Origin: Escherichia coli
GTDB lineage: Bacteria; Pseudomonadota; Gammaproteobacteria; Enterobacterales; Enterobacteriaceae
Reading direction: 5' to 3' (one strand)
Assembly (NCBI RefSeq): GCF_044324785.1
Contig: NZ_CP172127.1
Length of the DNA: 64,000 nt
Shown here: one piece after another, positions 35,099 through 46,326 of the stretch
Numbering within the stretch: position 1 is the stretch's first letter
Layout: each line of letters opens with the position of its first letter
Program-made: the position numbers and the translations under genes
Notes under the pieces: generated by a model
The model's input: only the letters and a program-made list of their open reading frames with translations
Databases searched by the model: none
What the model was told of the DNA's origin: nothing

Positions 35099-36691
35099 AT
35101 GGCTCGACTCTTTACCCCTTCAGAATCAAAGTACTACCTGATGGCTCTGGATGCAGGCACCGGAAGTATTCGGGCTGTGATATTCGACCTGGAAGGCAAT
35201 CAAATAGCAGTGGGACAGGCGGAGTGGCGGCATCTGGCAGTACCGGACGTTCCTGGTTCTATGGAATTTGATCTCAACAAAAACTGGCAACTGGCGTGTG
35301 AGTGTATGCGCCAGGCGCTGCACAACGCCGGCATAGCCCCGGAGTATATCGCTGCCGTTTCGGCATGTTCGATGCGCGAAGGCATTGTTTTATATAACAA
35401 TGAAGGAACACCGATCTGGGCCTGCGCCAATGTGGATGCCAGAGCGGCGCGCGAAGTTAGCGAACTTAAAGAACTGCACAACAATATCTTTGAAAACGAA
35501 GTTTATCGCGCCACCGGACAAACGCTGGCTTTAAGCGCTATTCCCAGATTACTTTGGCTGGCGCACCATCGTTCTGATATCTACCGACAGGCGTCGACCA
35601 TCACCATGATCAGCGACTGGCTGGCCTATATGCTCAGCGGCGAACTGGCGGTGGATCCCTCTAACGCTGGCACCACGGGACTTCTTGACCTAACCACCCG
35701 TGACTGGAAACCTGCATTGCTGGATATGGCCGGACTACGGGCCGATATTCTTTCTCCTGTCAAAGAAACCGGCACATTGCTGGGCGTGGTAAGTTCACAA
35801 GCGGCGGAACTCTGCGGTCTGAAGGCGGGCACTCCGGTGGTCGTTGGAGGAGGCGACGTGCAGCTTGGTTGCCTGGGGTTAGGCGTTGTCCGTCCGGCAC
35901 AAACCGCTGTTCTTGGCGGTACATTCTGGCAGCAAGTTGTAAACTTAGCCGCGCCGGTGACAGACCCAGAAATGAACGTGCGCGTTAATCCTCATGTTAT
36001 TCCTGGCATGGTACAAGCTGAATCTATAAGCTTTTTTACCGGACTCACCATGCGCTGGTTCCGCGATGCTTTCTGTGCCGAAGAAAAACTGATTGCCGAA
36101 CGTTTAGGCATCGACACCTATACGCTGCTTGAAGAGATGGCAAGTCGGGTGCCGCCTGGGTCGTGGGGGGTAATGCCGATATTCTCCGACAGAATGCGCT
36201 TTAAAACCTGGTATCACGCTGCGCCTTCCTTTATTAATTTGTCTATTGATCCGGATAAATGTAACAAAGCGACATTGTTCCGTGCGCTGGAAGAAAATGC
36301 GGCGATTGTATCAGCGTGTAATTTGCAACAAATCGCTGATTTCTCGAATATTCATCCTTCATCGTTAGTCTTTGCAGGCGGAGGTTCAAAAGGGAAATTA
36401 TGGAGTCAAATTCTCGCTGATGTCTCGGGATTACCCGTCAATATTCCGGTAGTCAAAGAAGCCACCGCATTAGGATGTGCCATTGCAGCTGGCGTCGGTG
36501 CCGGAATTTTTTCATCAATGGCAGAAACCGGAGAACGCCTGGTTCGCTGGGAACGAACGCACTCACCAGACCCGGAAAAGCATGAACTTTATCAGGATTC
36601 ACGCGATAAGTGGCAGGCAGTTTATCAGGATCAGCTGGGGCTGGTTGATCATGGACTGACGACGTCGTTATGGAAAGCGCCTGGGTTATAG
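35099..36691 (+). CDS. lsrK: LsrK, autoinducer-2 kinase (FGGY carbohydrate kinase family)
   Basis: 530-aa FGGY kinase ORF downstream of lsrR. Confidence 0.9.
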   Translation: MARLFTPSESKYYLMALDAGTGSIRAVIFDLEGNQIAVGQAEWRHLAVPDVPGSMEFDLNKNWQLACECMRQALHNAGIAPEYIAAVSACSMREGIVLYNNEGTPIWACANVDARAAREVSELKELHNNIFENEVYRATGQTLALSAIPRLLWLAHHRSDIYRQASTITMISDWLAYMLSGELAVDPSNAGTTGLLDLTTRDWKPALLDMAGLRADILSPVKETGTLLGVVSSQAAELCGLKAGTPVVVGGGDVQLGCLGLGVVRPAQTAVLGGTFWQQVVNLAAPVTDPEMNVRVNPHVIPGMVQAESISFFTGLTMRWFRDAFCAEEKLIAERLGIDTYTLLEEMASRVPPGSWGVMPIFSDRMRFKTWYHAAPSFINLSIDPDKCNKATLFRALEENAAIVSACNLQQIADFSNIHPSSLVFAGGGSKGKLWSQILADVSGLPVNIPVVKEATALGCAIAAGVGAGIFSSMAETGERLVRWERTHSPDPEKHELYQDSRDKWQAVYQDQLGLVDHGLTTSLWKAPGL

Positions 36692-37221
36692 TTTCATTGA
36701 CAGCCACATCATGATGACCGTGGCTGTTAGTTTTTGAGTATTGGTATTCTCATTTCCCATCTTTTAGAGCTGGCTTGTTAAATGCCAGCTTGCAAATTCA
36801 TCGTTCCATCACCAGTACTATATTCAAGTGAAAATTGCTATTTTTCTTAAAGCATTAAGCATAAGCCTTATTTTATAGCGAATATTCCTAAAGGCATTAA
36901 TGGATGAAAAAGGGGTTTAATAAACTTCTTTTTTTAGCAATTAGTGCTATTCTTTGTTAAATATGATGATGATAATCTTCTTATTGAAAGAAACAGTCTT
37001 CTTATTAAGCAACAATAACTCATGGTTCATTTTTAAATAAAATAAGAACTATGCAATTTTTAATCTATCGATTCGAAAGTATTAGCAAATTAGCCAAATT
37101 GACACCTTCCCACCTCCAACCAACACTCAATACAGACCTCTGACAACTTAATAAGTTTCATTTTTAACGTCTGATGACTCATCTCTTTCGTGGCTGTATT
37201 GTTTGTATATGGAGCGTTTAT

Positions 37222-40200
37222 ATGAATAGAATCTATCGCGTGATATGGAATTGCACCCTACAGGTATTTCAGGCCTGCTCGGAATTAACTCGCAGGGTAG
37301 GTAAAACATCGACGGTTAATTTGCATAAATCCTCTGGACTGACAACGAAATTCAGTAGATTGACGCTGGGTGTTTTGCTGGCACTAAGCGGTTCAGTGTC
37401 TGGTGCGAGTCTGGAAGTTGATAATGATCAGATTACCAATATTGATACTGATGTTGCTTATGATGCCTACCTGGTTGGGTGGTATGGCACTGGAGTGCTT
37501 AATATTTTGGCTGGCGGTAATGCCTCCTTAACCACTATTACTACCAGCGTCATTGGTGGTAATGAGAACTCGAAGGGCACCGTTAATGTTTTGGGTGGCA
37601 CCTGGCGATTGTATGATAGCGGAAATAATGCAAGGCCTTTAAATGTGGGTCAATCCGGAACGGGGACGCTGAATATTAAACAGAAGGGTCACGTTGACGG
37701 AGGATATTTAAGGATAGGTTCTTCGACAGGAGGCGTCGGGACGGTCAATGTTGAGGGAGAGGACTCGGTTCTGACGACCGAATTATTCGAAATAGGGAGT
37801 TACGGTACAGGCTCATTAAATATTACGGATAAGGGTTACGTCACGAGTTCAATCGTCGCCATTGTAGGATATCAGGCGAACAGTAATGGTAAGGTTGTCG
37901 TTGAAAAGGGTAGCGAGTGGCTAATAAAAAATAATGATTCCTCAATTGAATTTCAAATTGGTAATCAAGGGACGGGGGAAGCGACTATTCGCGATGGGGG
38001 GCTAATTACGGCTGAAAATACGATTACCGGTGGCAATGCCACCGGTATCGGAACCCTGAATGTGCAGGATCAAGACTCTGTCATCACGGTACGCAGACTC
38101 TATAATGGATATTTCGGTAATGGCACAGTCAATATTTCCAATAATGGACTGATTAATAATAAAGAATATTCATTGGTGGGCGTTCAGGACGGGTCCCACG
38201 GTGTCGTCAACGTGACCGATAAAGGGCATTGGAATTTCCTCGGAACGGGCGAAGCTTTCCGCTATATCTATGTTGGTGATGCTGGCGACGGTGAACTTAA
38301 TGTCTCGAGTGAAGGCAAAGTAGATTCGGGAATTATCACTGCGGGGATGAAAGAAACAGGCACAGGCAACATTACTGTTAAGGATAAGAACTCCGTTATC
38401 ACTAATCTCGGAACTAATCTTGGTTATGACGGCCACGGCGAAATGAATATCAGTAATGAGGGGCTTGTTGTCAGCAACGGAGGAAGCTCACTCGGTTATG
38501 GAGAAACCGGCGTCGGGAAGGTTAGCATCACCACGGGGGGGATGTGGGAGGTCAATAAGAATGTCTATACCACTATTGGTGTTGCGGGCGTCGGAAACCT
38601 CAATATCAGCGATGGCGGTAAGTTCGTATCGCAAAATATTACTTTTTTGGGCGATAAAGCAAGCGGTATCGGCACACTGAACCTGATGGATGCGACATCA
38701 TCGTTCGATACTGTGGGTATTAATGTCGGTAATTTTGGTAGCGGTATCGTAAATGTCAGTAATGGTGCCACCCTTAATTCAACGGGCTATGGATTTATCG
38801 GAGGAAATGCCTCCGGTAAGGGGATAGTTAATATTTCAACGGATAGTCTCTGGAATTTAAAGACATCATCTACTAACGCACAATTGCTACAGGTCGGTGT
38901 ATTAGGCGCGGGTGAACTGAATATTACCACCGGAGGTATAGTTAAAGCGCGTGATACACAAATAGCTCTCAATGACAAAAGTAAGGGCGACGTGCGGGTG
39001 GATGGGCAGAACTCTCTTCTTGAAACATTCAATATGAACGTAGGGACGACAGGCACGGGTACGTTAACCCTGACGAATAACGGCACGTTGAATGTCGAAG
39101 GTGGAGAAGTTTACTTAGGTGTTTTTGAACCTGCTGTAGGAACGCTAAACATTGGTGCTGCTCACGGTGAGGCGGCGGCAGATGCCGGGTTTATCACCAA
39201 TGCGACGAAAGTGGAGTTTGGTCTTGGCGAAGGCGTTTTTGTCTTTAATCATACCAATAACAGTGATGCCGGCTACCAGGTCGATATGCTGATTACGGGT
39301 GACGATAAAGACGGAAAAGTGATGCATGATGCAGGCCATACGGTGTTCAATGCAGGGAATACTTATAGCGGTAAAACGCTGGTCAATGACGGCCTCCTGA
39401 CTATTGCGTCACATACGGCAGATGGGGTAACGGGCATGGGATCGAGTGAAGTCACCATTGCAAACCCCGGTACGCTCGACATTCTCGCATCAACGAACAG
39501 TGCAGGAGATTACACGCTGACCAATGCGCTCAAAGGCGATGGCTTGATGCGAGTGCAGCTGTCATCCTCCGACAAAATGTTTGGCTTTACCCATGCAATA
39601 GGAACTGAATTCGCCGGTGTTGCCCAACTGAAAGACAGTACCTTCACACTGGAACGCGACAACACCGCTGCGCTTACTCACGCGATGCTGCAGTCTGACA
39701 GTGAAAATACCACATCGGTAAAAGTGGGAGAGCAATCCATTGGTGGACTAGCCATGAATGGCGGTACGCTCACTTTCGATACGGATATACCTGCTGCGAC
39801 GCTTGCGGAGGGATATATCAGCGTCGATACGCTGGTTGTCGGCACGGGTGACTACACCTGGAAAGGCCGTAACTATCAGGTAAACGGGATGGGCGACGTG
39901 CTTATCGACGTGCCTAAACCGTGGAATGATCCCATGGCGAATAACCCTCTGACGACGCTCAATTTGCTGGAACACGATGATAGTCATGTCGGCGTTCAAC
40001 TGGTGAAGGCGCAAATGGTTATTGGGTCGGGTGGCTCATTAACGTTACGTGATTTACAGGGCGACGAGGTGGAAGCGGACAAAACGTTACATATTGCACA
40101 AAACGGGACAGTGGTCGCCGAGGGTGATTATGGATTCCGCCTCACGACCGCACCTGGTGATGGTTTGTATGTTAACTATGGGCTGAAAGCGCTGAACATC

Positions 40201-42642
40201 CATGGTGGGCAAAAGCTGACGTTAGCCGAACATGGCGGAGCCTATGGCGCAACGGCCGATATGTCGGCAAAAATCGGTGGTGAAGGGGATCTGGCAATCA
40301 ATACGGTGCGACAGGTTTCGCTTTCCAACGGTCAGAACGACTATCAGGGGGCAACCTACGTTCAGATGGGGACATTACGTACCGATGCGGATGGCGCGCT
40401 GGGCAATACTCGGGAACTAAACATCAGCAACGCGGCCATCGTCGATCTTAATGGATCGGCCCAGACGGTAGAGACATTCACCGGGCTGATGGGTTCGACT
40501 GTTTTGTTTAAAGAGGGGTCGCTGACGGTGAATAAAGGTGGGATCAGTCAGGGCGAACTGACAGGTGGCGGAAACCTGAATGTTACAGGGGGAACGCTGG
40601 CTATCGAGGGGCTTAATGCACGCTACAATGCCTTAACCAGCATTAGCTCAAATGCGGAAGTCAGCCTCGATAATACGCAGGGGTTAGGCAGAGGAAATAT
40701 TGCCAATGACGGTCTGTTAACGCTAAAAAACGTGACCGGCGAACTGCGTAATAGCATAAGCGGGAAGGGTATCGTGAGCGCAACCGCCAGGACAGACGTA
40801 GAGCTGGATGGCGATAATAGCCGCTTTGTGGGGCAATTCAACATTGATACAGGCAGCGCGCTCAGCGTCAACGAGCAGAAAAACCTGGGTGATGCTTCCG
40901 TTATCAATAATGGCCTGCTCACCATCTCCACTGAGCGTAGCTGGGCGATGACGCACAGTATCAGCGGTAGCGGTGATGTGACAAAACTGGGTACCGGGAG
41001 CCTGACTCTTAACAACGATTCCGCGGCGTATCAGGGTACGACGGATATCGTGGGTGGTGAAATTGCTTTCGGTTCCGACTCTGCCATTAATATGGCAAGT
41101 CAGCACATTAATATCCATAACAGCGGTGTGATGTCGGGAAATGTCACCACTGCAGGTGATGTGAACGTTATGCTAGGGGGGACACTGCGTGTCGCCAAAA
41201 CCACTATCGGCGGCAATCTGGAGAATGGTGGCACGGTTCAAATGAATAGCGAAGGGGGGAAACCGGGGAATGTGCTGACCGTTAACGGCAACTATACCGG
41301 AAACAATGGCCTGATGACGTTCAACGCGACGCTGGGCGGAGATAATTCACCCACGGATAAAATGAACGTGAAAGGCGATACCCAAGGGAACACTCGCGTT
41401 CGGGTTGATAACATTGGCGGCGTCGGTGCACAAACGGTCAACGGTATTGAACTCATTGAGGTCGGCGGTAATTCTGCAGGTAACTTCGCGCTGACCACCG
41501 GAACTGTCGAAGCTGGGGCTTACGTCTACACGCTGGCTAAAGGGAAGGGGAATGACGAGAAAAACTGGTATCTGACCAGTAAATGGGACGGCGTAACGCC
41601 AGCGGATACACCCGATCCCATCAATAATCCCCCTGTTGTGGATCCGGAAGGCCCATCAGTTTATCGCCCGGAGGCCGGAAGCTATATCAGCAACATTGCC
41701 GCAGCCAACTCGCTGTTTAGCCATCGCTTACACGACCGTCTGGGTGAGCCGCAGTATACAGATTCACTGCGAGTTCAGGGTTCGGCAAGCAGTATGTGGA
41801 TGCGTCATGTCGGGGGGCACGAACGTTTCAGGACCGGTGACGGCCAGCTAAATACTCAGGCTAACCGCTATGTATTGCAGCTAGGAGGCGATTTGGCGCA
41901 GTGGAGTAGCAACGCGCAGGATCGCTGGCATCTTGGCGTGATGGCAGGCTACGCCAATCAGCACAGTAATACTCAGAGTAATCGTGTGGGTTATAAATCG
42001 GATGGGCGCATCAGCGGTTACAGCGCAGGACTGTACGCGACCTGGTATCAGAACGATGCGAATAAGACCGGCGCTTATGTTGACAGCTGGGCGCTGTATA
42101 ACTGGTTTGATAACAGCGTCAGTTCCGATAACCGCTCGGCTGACGACTATGATTCTCGCGGTGTGACGGCCTCTGTTGAGGGTGGGTATACCTTTGAAGC
42201 GGGAACATTTAGCGGCAGCGAAGGGGCGCTGAATACCTGGTACGTCCAGCCACAGGTACAAATCACCTGGATGGGTGTGAAAGATTCTGACCATACCCGG
42301 AAAGACGGAACACGCATTGAAACAGAAGGCGACGGAAACGTGCAAACGCGGCTTGGGGTGAAAACCTACCTGAACAGTCATCACCAGCGTGACAATGGTA
42401 AACAGCGTGAGTTCCAGCCTTACATTGAAGCGAACTGGATCAACAACAGCAAAGTCTACGCCGTGAAGATGAATGGTCAAACCGTAAGCCGTGATGGTGC
42501 GCGTAATCTCGGTGAAGTACGTACCGGGGTTGAGGCGAAAGTAAATCACAACCTTAGCCTGTGGGGGAATGTCGGTGTGCAACTAGGTGATAAAGGCTAT
42601 AGCGATACTCAGGGCATGCTGGGTGTGAAATATAGCTGGTAA
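37222..42642 (+). CDS. yneO: Large AIDA-I-type autotransporter adhesin (type Va secretion)
   Basis: Start taken at MNRIYRVIWNCTLQVF, an extended autotransporter signal peptide, with GGAG at 37211-37214. Long beta-helical passenger with repeated GxGTLNI/GxGxLNV motifs; C-terminal beta-barrel ending ...GMLGVKYSW. One continuous ORF of about 1,806 aa from this start. Confidence 0.85.
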   Translation: MNRIYRVIWNCTLQVFQACSELTRRVGKTSTVNLHKSSGLTTKFSRLTLGVLLALSGSVSGASLEVDNDQITNIDTDVAYDAYLVGWYGTGVLNILAGGNASLTTITTSVIGGNENSKGTVNVLGGTWRLYDSGNNARPLNVGQSGTGTLNIKQKGHVDGGYLRIGSSTGGVGTVNVEGEDSVLTTELFEIGSYGTGSLNITDKGYVTSSIVAIVGYQANSNGKVVVEKGSEWLIKNNDSSIEFQIGNQGTGEATIRDGGLITAENTITGGNATGIGTLNVQDQDSVITVRRLYNGYFGNGTVNISNNGLINNKEYSLVGVQDGSHGVVNVTDKGHWNFLGTGEAFRYIYVGDAGDGELNVSSEGKVDSGIITAGMKETGTGNITVKDKNSVITNLGTNLGYDGHGEMNISNEGLVVSNGGSSLGYGETGVGKVSITTGGMWEVNKNVYTTIGVAGVGNLNISDGGKFVSQNITFLGDKASGIGTLNLMDATSSFDTVGINVGNFGSGIVNVSNGATLNSTGYGFIGGNASGKGIVNISTDSLWNLKTSSTNAQLLQVGVLGAGELNITTGGIVKARDTQIALNDKSKGDVRVDGQNSLLETFNMNVGTTGTGTLTLTNNGTLNVEGGEVYLGVFEPAVGTLNIGAAHGEAAADAGFITNATKVEFGLGEGVFVFNHTNNSDAGYQVDMLITGDDKDGKVMHDAGHTVFNAGNTYSGKTLVNDGLLTIASHTADGVTGMGSSEVTIANPGTLDILASTNSAGDYTLTNALKGDGLMRVQLSSSDKMFGFTHAIGTEFAGVAQLKDSTFTLERDNTAALTHAMLQSDSENTTSVKVGEQSIGGLAMNGGTLTFDTDIPAATLAEGYISVDTLVVGTGDYTWKGRNYQVNGMGDVLIDVPKPWNDPMANNPLTTLNLLEHDDSHVGVQLVKAQMVIGSGGSLTLRDLQGDEVEADKTLHIAQNGTVVAEGDYGFRLTTAPGDGLYVNYGLKALNIHGGQKLTLAEHGGAYGATADMSAKIGGEGDLAINTVRQVSLSNGQNDYQGATYVQMGTLRTDADGALGNTRELNISNAAIVDLNGSAQTVETFTGLMGSTVLFKEGSLTVNKGGISQGELTGGGNLNVTGGTLAIEGLNARYNALTSISSNAEVSLDNTQGLGRGNIANDGLLTLKNVTGELRNSISGKGIVSATARTDVELDGDNSRFVGQFNIDTGSALSVNEQKNLGDASVINNGLLTISTERSWAMTHSISGSGDVTKLGTGSLTLNNDSAAYQGTTDIVGGEIAFGSDSAINMASQHINIHNSGVMSGNVTTAGDVNVMLGGTLRVAKTTIGGNLENGGTVQMNSEGGKPGNVLTVNGNYTGNNGLMTFNATLGGDNSPTDKMNVKGDTQGNTRVRVDNIGGVGAQTVNGIELIEVGGNSAGNFALTTGTVEAGAYVYTLAKGKGNDEKNWYLTSKWDGVTPADTPDPINNPPVVDPEGPSVYRPEAGSYISNIAAANSLFSHRLHDRLGEPQYTDSLRVQGSASSMWMRHVGGHERFRTGDGQLNTQANRYVLQLGGDLAQWSSNAQDRWHLGVMAGYANQHSNTQSNRVGYKSDGRISGYSAGLYATWYQNDANKTGAYVDSWALYNWFDNSVSSDNRSADDYDSRGVTASVEGGYTFEAGTFSGSEGALNTWYVQPQVQITWMGVKDSDHTRKDGTRIETEGDGNVQTRLGVKTYLNSHHQRDNGKQREFQPYIEANWINNSKVYAVKMNGQTVSRDGARNLGEVRTGVEAKVNHNLSLWGNVGVQLGDKGYSDTQGMLGVKYSW

Positions 42643-42717
42643 ACCGTATAAGCCGCATGTCGAAGATGCATGCGGCTTAATATTGCCGACTTCAAACGAC
42701 TTTTAAATCCTCCTTTT

Positions 42718-42831
42718 TATCCGCGATCGCGGATATCACAGTGTTTATCCCGTAGAGCGGATAAGATGTGTTTCCTGATTGACTTTATCCCCACTAAAGG
42801 ATAAAACTGATAATATCCCCTTGAGCGGATA
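42718..42831 (+). promoter_or_regulatory. hipBA promoter with four HipB operator palindromes (TATCC-N8-GGATA)
   Basis: Exact TATCC-N8-GGATA palindromes at 42718-42735, 42746-42763, 42786-42803 and 42814-42831, immediately upstream of hipB. Confidence 0.85.
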
Positions 42832-42852
42832 AATATGCTGTGGACGTATGAC

Positions 42853-43119
42853 ATGATGAGCTTTCAGAAGATCTATAGCCCAACGCAATTAGCGAATGCA
42901 ATGAAACTGGTTCGCCAGCAAAATGGCTGGACGCAGAGCGAGCTGGCGAAAAAAATTGGCATTAAGCAGGCGACAATTTCCAATTTCGAAAACAACCCTG
43001 ACAATACCACGCTGACGACCTTTTTTAAGATTTTACAGTCGCTTGAACTCTCAATGACACTATGCGACACGAAAAATGCCTCGCCAGAATCAACAGAACA
43101 GCAAGATCTGGAGTGGTAA
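42853..43119 (+). CDS. hipB: HipB antitoxin (Xre/Cro-type HTH)
   Basis: 88 aa, MMSFQKIYSPTQLANAMKLVRQQNGWTQSELAKKIGIKQATISNFE...; its stop overlaps the hipA start by 1 bp. Confidence 0.9.
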   Translation: MMSFQKIYSPTQLANAMKLVRQQNGWTQSELAKKIGIKQATISNFENNPDNTTLTTFFKILQSLELSMTLCDTKNASPESTEQQDLEW

Positions 43120-44441
43120 TGCCCAAACTTGTCACTTGGATGAACAACCAGCGGGTAGGCGAGTTAACGAAGTTAGCCAACGGCGCGCACACCTTTAAGT
43201 ATGCACCGGAGTGGTTAGCCAGCCGTTATGCCAGACCGTTGTCACTTTCGCTGCCATTGCAGAGGGGGAATATCACCTCTGATGCCGTATTTAACTTCTT
43301 CGATAACCTGTTACCCGATAGCCCGATTGTACGTGACCGGATCGTTAAACGCTATCATGCCAAATCCAGACAACCGTTTGATTTATTGTCAGAAATAGGG
43401 CGAGACAGCGTTGGTGCCGTGACGTTAATACCCGAAGACGAAACCGTAACGCATCCGATAATGGCATGGGAAAAGCTTACTGAAGCCAGACTTGAAGAAG
43501 TATTAACGGCTTATAAAGCAGATATCCCGCTAGGCATGATTAGAGAAGAAAATGACTTTCGCATCTCGGTTGCTGGCGCACAGGAGAAGACAGCACTGCT
43601 CAGAATAGGCAATGACTGGTGCATTCCGAAAGGAATAACGCCGACGACGCACATCATTAAATTACCGATTGGCCAAATCAGGCAGCCCAATGCGACGCTC
43701 GATCTCAGCCAAAGCGTTGATAATGAGTATTACTGTCTGCTGCTGGCGAAAGAACTTGGGTTGAATGTTCCGGACGCAGAAATCATTAAAGCGGGAAGGG
43801 TGCGCGCGTTAGCGGTCGAACGTTTTGACAGGCGTTGGAATGCTGAGCGAACGGTTTTACTTCGCTTGCCACAGGAGGATATGTGTCAGACATTCGGTTT
43901 ACCTTCATCGGTGAAATATGAATCAGATGGAGGCCCAGGCATCGCGCGGATCATGGCTTTTTTGATGGGGTCCAGCGAGGCGCTGAAAGATCGCTATGAT
44001 TTTATGAAGTTTCAGGTGTTCCAGTGGTTGATTGGCGCAACGGATGGCCATGCAAAAAACTTCTCCGTATTTATTCAGGCTGGCGGCAGTTATCGACTCA
44101 CGCCATTTTACGACATCATTTCAGCATTTCCGGTATTGGGTGGCGCAGGAATACACATCAGCGATCTCAAACTGGCAATGGGGCTTAACGCATCCAAAGG
44201 CAAAAAAACGGCAATCGATAAAATTTATCCGCGACATTTTCTGGCGACAGCAAAGTTGCTGAAATTTCCGGAAGTGCAGATGCATGAAATCCTGAGTGAC
44301 TTTGCCAGAATGATTCCGGCAGCACTGGATAACGTGAAGACTTCATTACCGACAGATTTTCCGGAGAACGTGGTGACGGCAGTTGAAACCAATGTGTTGA
44401 GGTTGCACCGTCGGTTAAGCCGAGAATACGGTATTAAGTAA
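43119..44441 (+). CDS. hipA: HipA serine/threonine kinase toxin
   Basis: 440 aa from MPKLVTWMNNQRVGELTKLANGAHTFKYAPEWLA; HipA N- and C-terminal kinase domains. Confidence 0.9.
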   Translation: MPKLVTWMNNQRVGELTKLANGAHTFKYAPEWLASRYARPLSLSLPLQRGNITSDAVFNFFDNLLPDSPIVRDRIVKRYHAKSRQPFDLLSEIGRDSVGAVTLIPEDETVTHPIMAWEKLTEARLEEVLTAYKADIPLGMIREENDFRISVAGAQEKTALLRIGNDWCIPKGITPTTHIIKLPIGQIRQPNATLDLSQSVDNEYYCLLLAKELGLNVPDAEIIKAGRVRALAVERFDRRWNAERTVLLRLPQEDMCQTFGLPSSVKYESDGGPGIARIMAFLMGSSEALKDRYDFMKFQVFQWLIGATDGHAKNFSVFIQAGGSYRLTPFYDIISAFPVLGGAGIHISDLKLAMGLNASKGKKTAIDKIYPRHFLATAKLLKFPEVQMHEILSDFARMIPAALDNVKTSLPTDFPENVVTAVETNVLRLHRRLSREYGIK

Positions 44442-44721
44442 GATATGGGGTTTGGTCGTTGTTAATGAGCACGACAATCATGACCGCCAACGACTGGATT
44501 CTTCCTTGGTTTATGTTGGTGCGCATAATGTATATTATGTTAAATGGAGTTTGAGTGATGCGGAGTGATTTTCCGGTCGTCGTTATTACTTCAGGGTTCC
44601 AGAACATAAAGCCTCTCCTCTTTCATAATTGGCCTGTGCATACCGGATATAGCCTGGCTGATATGCAGGTTTGCCGTTTGCCGCATCTTCTCAGCGTTGA
44701 AGAGTCAGGCTGGCAAACCGC

Positions 44722-44976
44722 GTGCAAATGAACCCCCCCTCTTTCCATCAACACTTCAGACAGCTTGCGGGAATGAGTCCACTCCGGTATCAGAAATGGC
44801 TACGCCTCAATGAAGCCAGGCGACTGATGCTGAATGAACATTACGATGTCACCACTGCAGCCTATGCTGTCGGTTACGAAAGCTTATCCCATTTCAGTCG
44901 GGAATATTCGCGGATGTTTGGAGAGTCACCTAAGAGAGATATTACCAGGTTAAGAAAGTCTGTCGGTCAGCTTTAA
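44722..44976 (+). pseudogene. yneL: AraC-family regulator fragment (C-terminal HTH only)
   Basis: 84-aa ORF containing only the second AraC HTH (..AAYAVGYESLSHFSREYSRMFGESP..); no ligand-binding or dimerisation domain upstream. Confidence 0.55.
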
Positions 44977-45409
44977 TAAACCCTGCACTTATCTGTTTAG
45001 AGCAATTCCGTGTTAGTTACACCAGGCAAACATTAACTATAGCTAATGATTTATAGCCATATAAACCATTAGTCGCTCTTGACCTTTCCTGACACTTCCC
45101 TTGTTCGCAATAATATTCTGTTTAGTCGCTGTTTATAAATATCATGCATAATGAAATCGTCATGTTATTTAGCGACATAAAATGTTTTTGCAAATACTCT
45201 CTACAACAAGTGCTGCAATAAACTTGTTGTGATTAGGTGTCCTTGTAATTTAAAGATATTATCGTTCTTCGTGAAATGTAATAACCCTGGAAACTATATT
45301 CTCAGGGCAACAACCAATTAAGAATGATTCTTGTTTTATAAGCAATAACAGAATGACTTAATTGTTAACTCTCTTTATTCAGCTACTTAAATATAAATTT
45401 TGGAGAATT

Positions 45410-45973
45410 ATGAAACTCAAACATGTCGGTATGATTGTCGTTTCTGTGTTGGCGATGTCGTCTGCTGCGGTAAGCGCAGCCGAGGGTGATGAATCAGTAA
45501 CGACCACTGTTAATGGCGGTGTTATTCATTTTAAAGGTGAAGTGGTAAATGCCGCTTGTGCGATTGATTCAGAATCAATGAACCAAACGGTTGAGCTGGG
45601 TCAGGTCCGTTCTTCTCGTCTGGCTAAAGCGGGTGACCTCAGCTCCGCCGTTGGCTTCAATATCAAGCTGAATGATTGTGATACCAATGTTTCCAGTAAT
45701 GCAGCTGTTGCATTCCTGGGTACTACTGTCACCAGTAATGACGACACATTAGCGCTGCAGAGTTCAGCGGCAGGCTCTGCCCAAAATGTCGGTATTCAAA
45801 TTTTGGACCGTACGGGCGAGGTATTAATACTTGATGGTGCCACTTTCAGCGCTAAAACTGACTTGATTGATGGCACGAATATACTGCCGTTCCAGGCTCG
45901 TTATATTGCTCTCGGGCAGTCAGTAGCTGGTACTGCAAACGCTGATGCGACCTTCAAAGTTCAATATCTATAA
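45410..45973 (+). CDS. Fimbrial major subunit (FimA-like pilin) of an F9/Yde-type chaperone-usher operon
   Basis: [23 protein letters not shown] signal peptide, GGAG ribosome-binding site at 45402-45405, conserved pilin Cys pair, C-terminal ...FKVQYL. Confidence 0.8.
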   Translation: MKLKHVGMIVVSVLAMSSAAVSAAEGDESVTTTVNGGVIHFKGEVVNAACAIDSESMNQTVELGQVRSSRLAKAGDLSSAVGFNIKLNDCDTNVSSNAAVAFLGTTVTSNDDTLALQSSAAGSAQNVGIQILDRTGEVLILDGATFSAKTDLIDGTNILPFQARYIALGQSVAGTANADATFKVQYL

Positions 45974-46326
45974 TTCAATCTTAAGGTGGCTATACGTCAT
46001 CTGAAATTGAAACAGGGTGTGTGTGGCATGGCTACGCACACCCGAGAAATTCACCAATGTTCATCTCATTATTAATGAGGAATAGTTTGTGTTTTGGAGC
46101 GGTATGAAAAAATCACATAATATCTAAACGTTCAATAAACAACAGTAGTTAAACTTACTGTTATTTAGAGTATTTACTTTATAGCAAGGTTTTCCTATTA
46201 AAAGAGAACCAACATTTATTTCAAACGCATTAAGTCTGGAAACCCGGCGACTCGCCAATGTATTAGCAACATTTACCGATTGTCTGATGTAACGGTTTCC
46301 CCGCTTATCCTCTTAACACATGGAGA

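Noticed and set aside
37400-41300. Periodic repeats in the autotransporter gene as a possible CRISPR array or tandem-repeat locus
   Set aside because: The repeats are imperfect, in frame, and encode the beta-helix motif of an autotransporter passenger. There are no short identical direct repeats with unique spacers and no cas genes.
44725-44745. C7 homopolymer at the start of the AraC-fragment ORF as a phase-variation switch
   Set aside because: The ORF lacks its N-terminal domains whatever the tract length, so slippage could not restore a functional regulator. More likely incidental.
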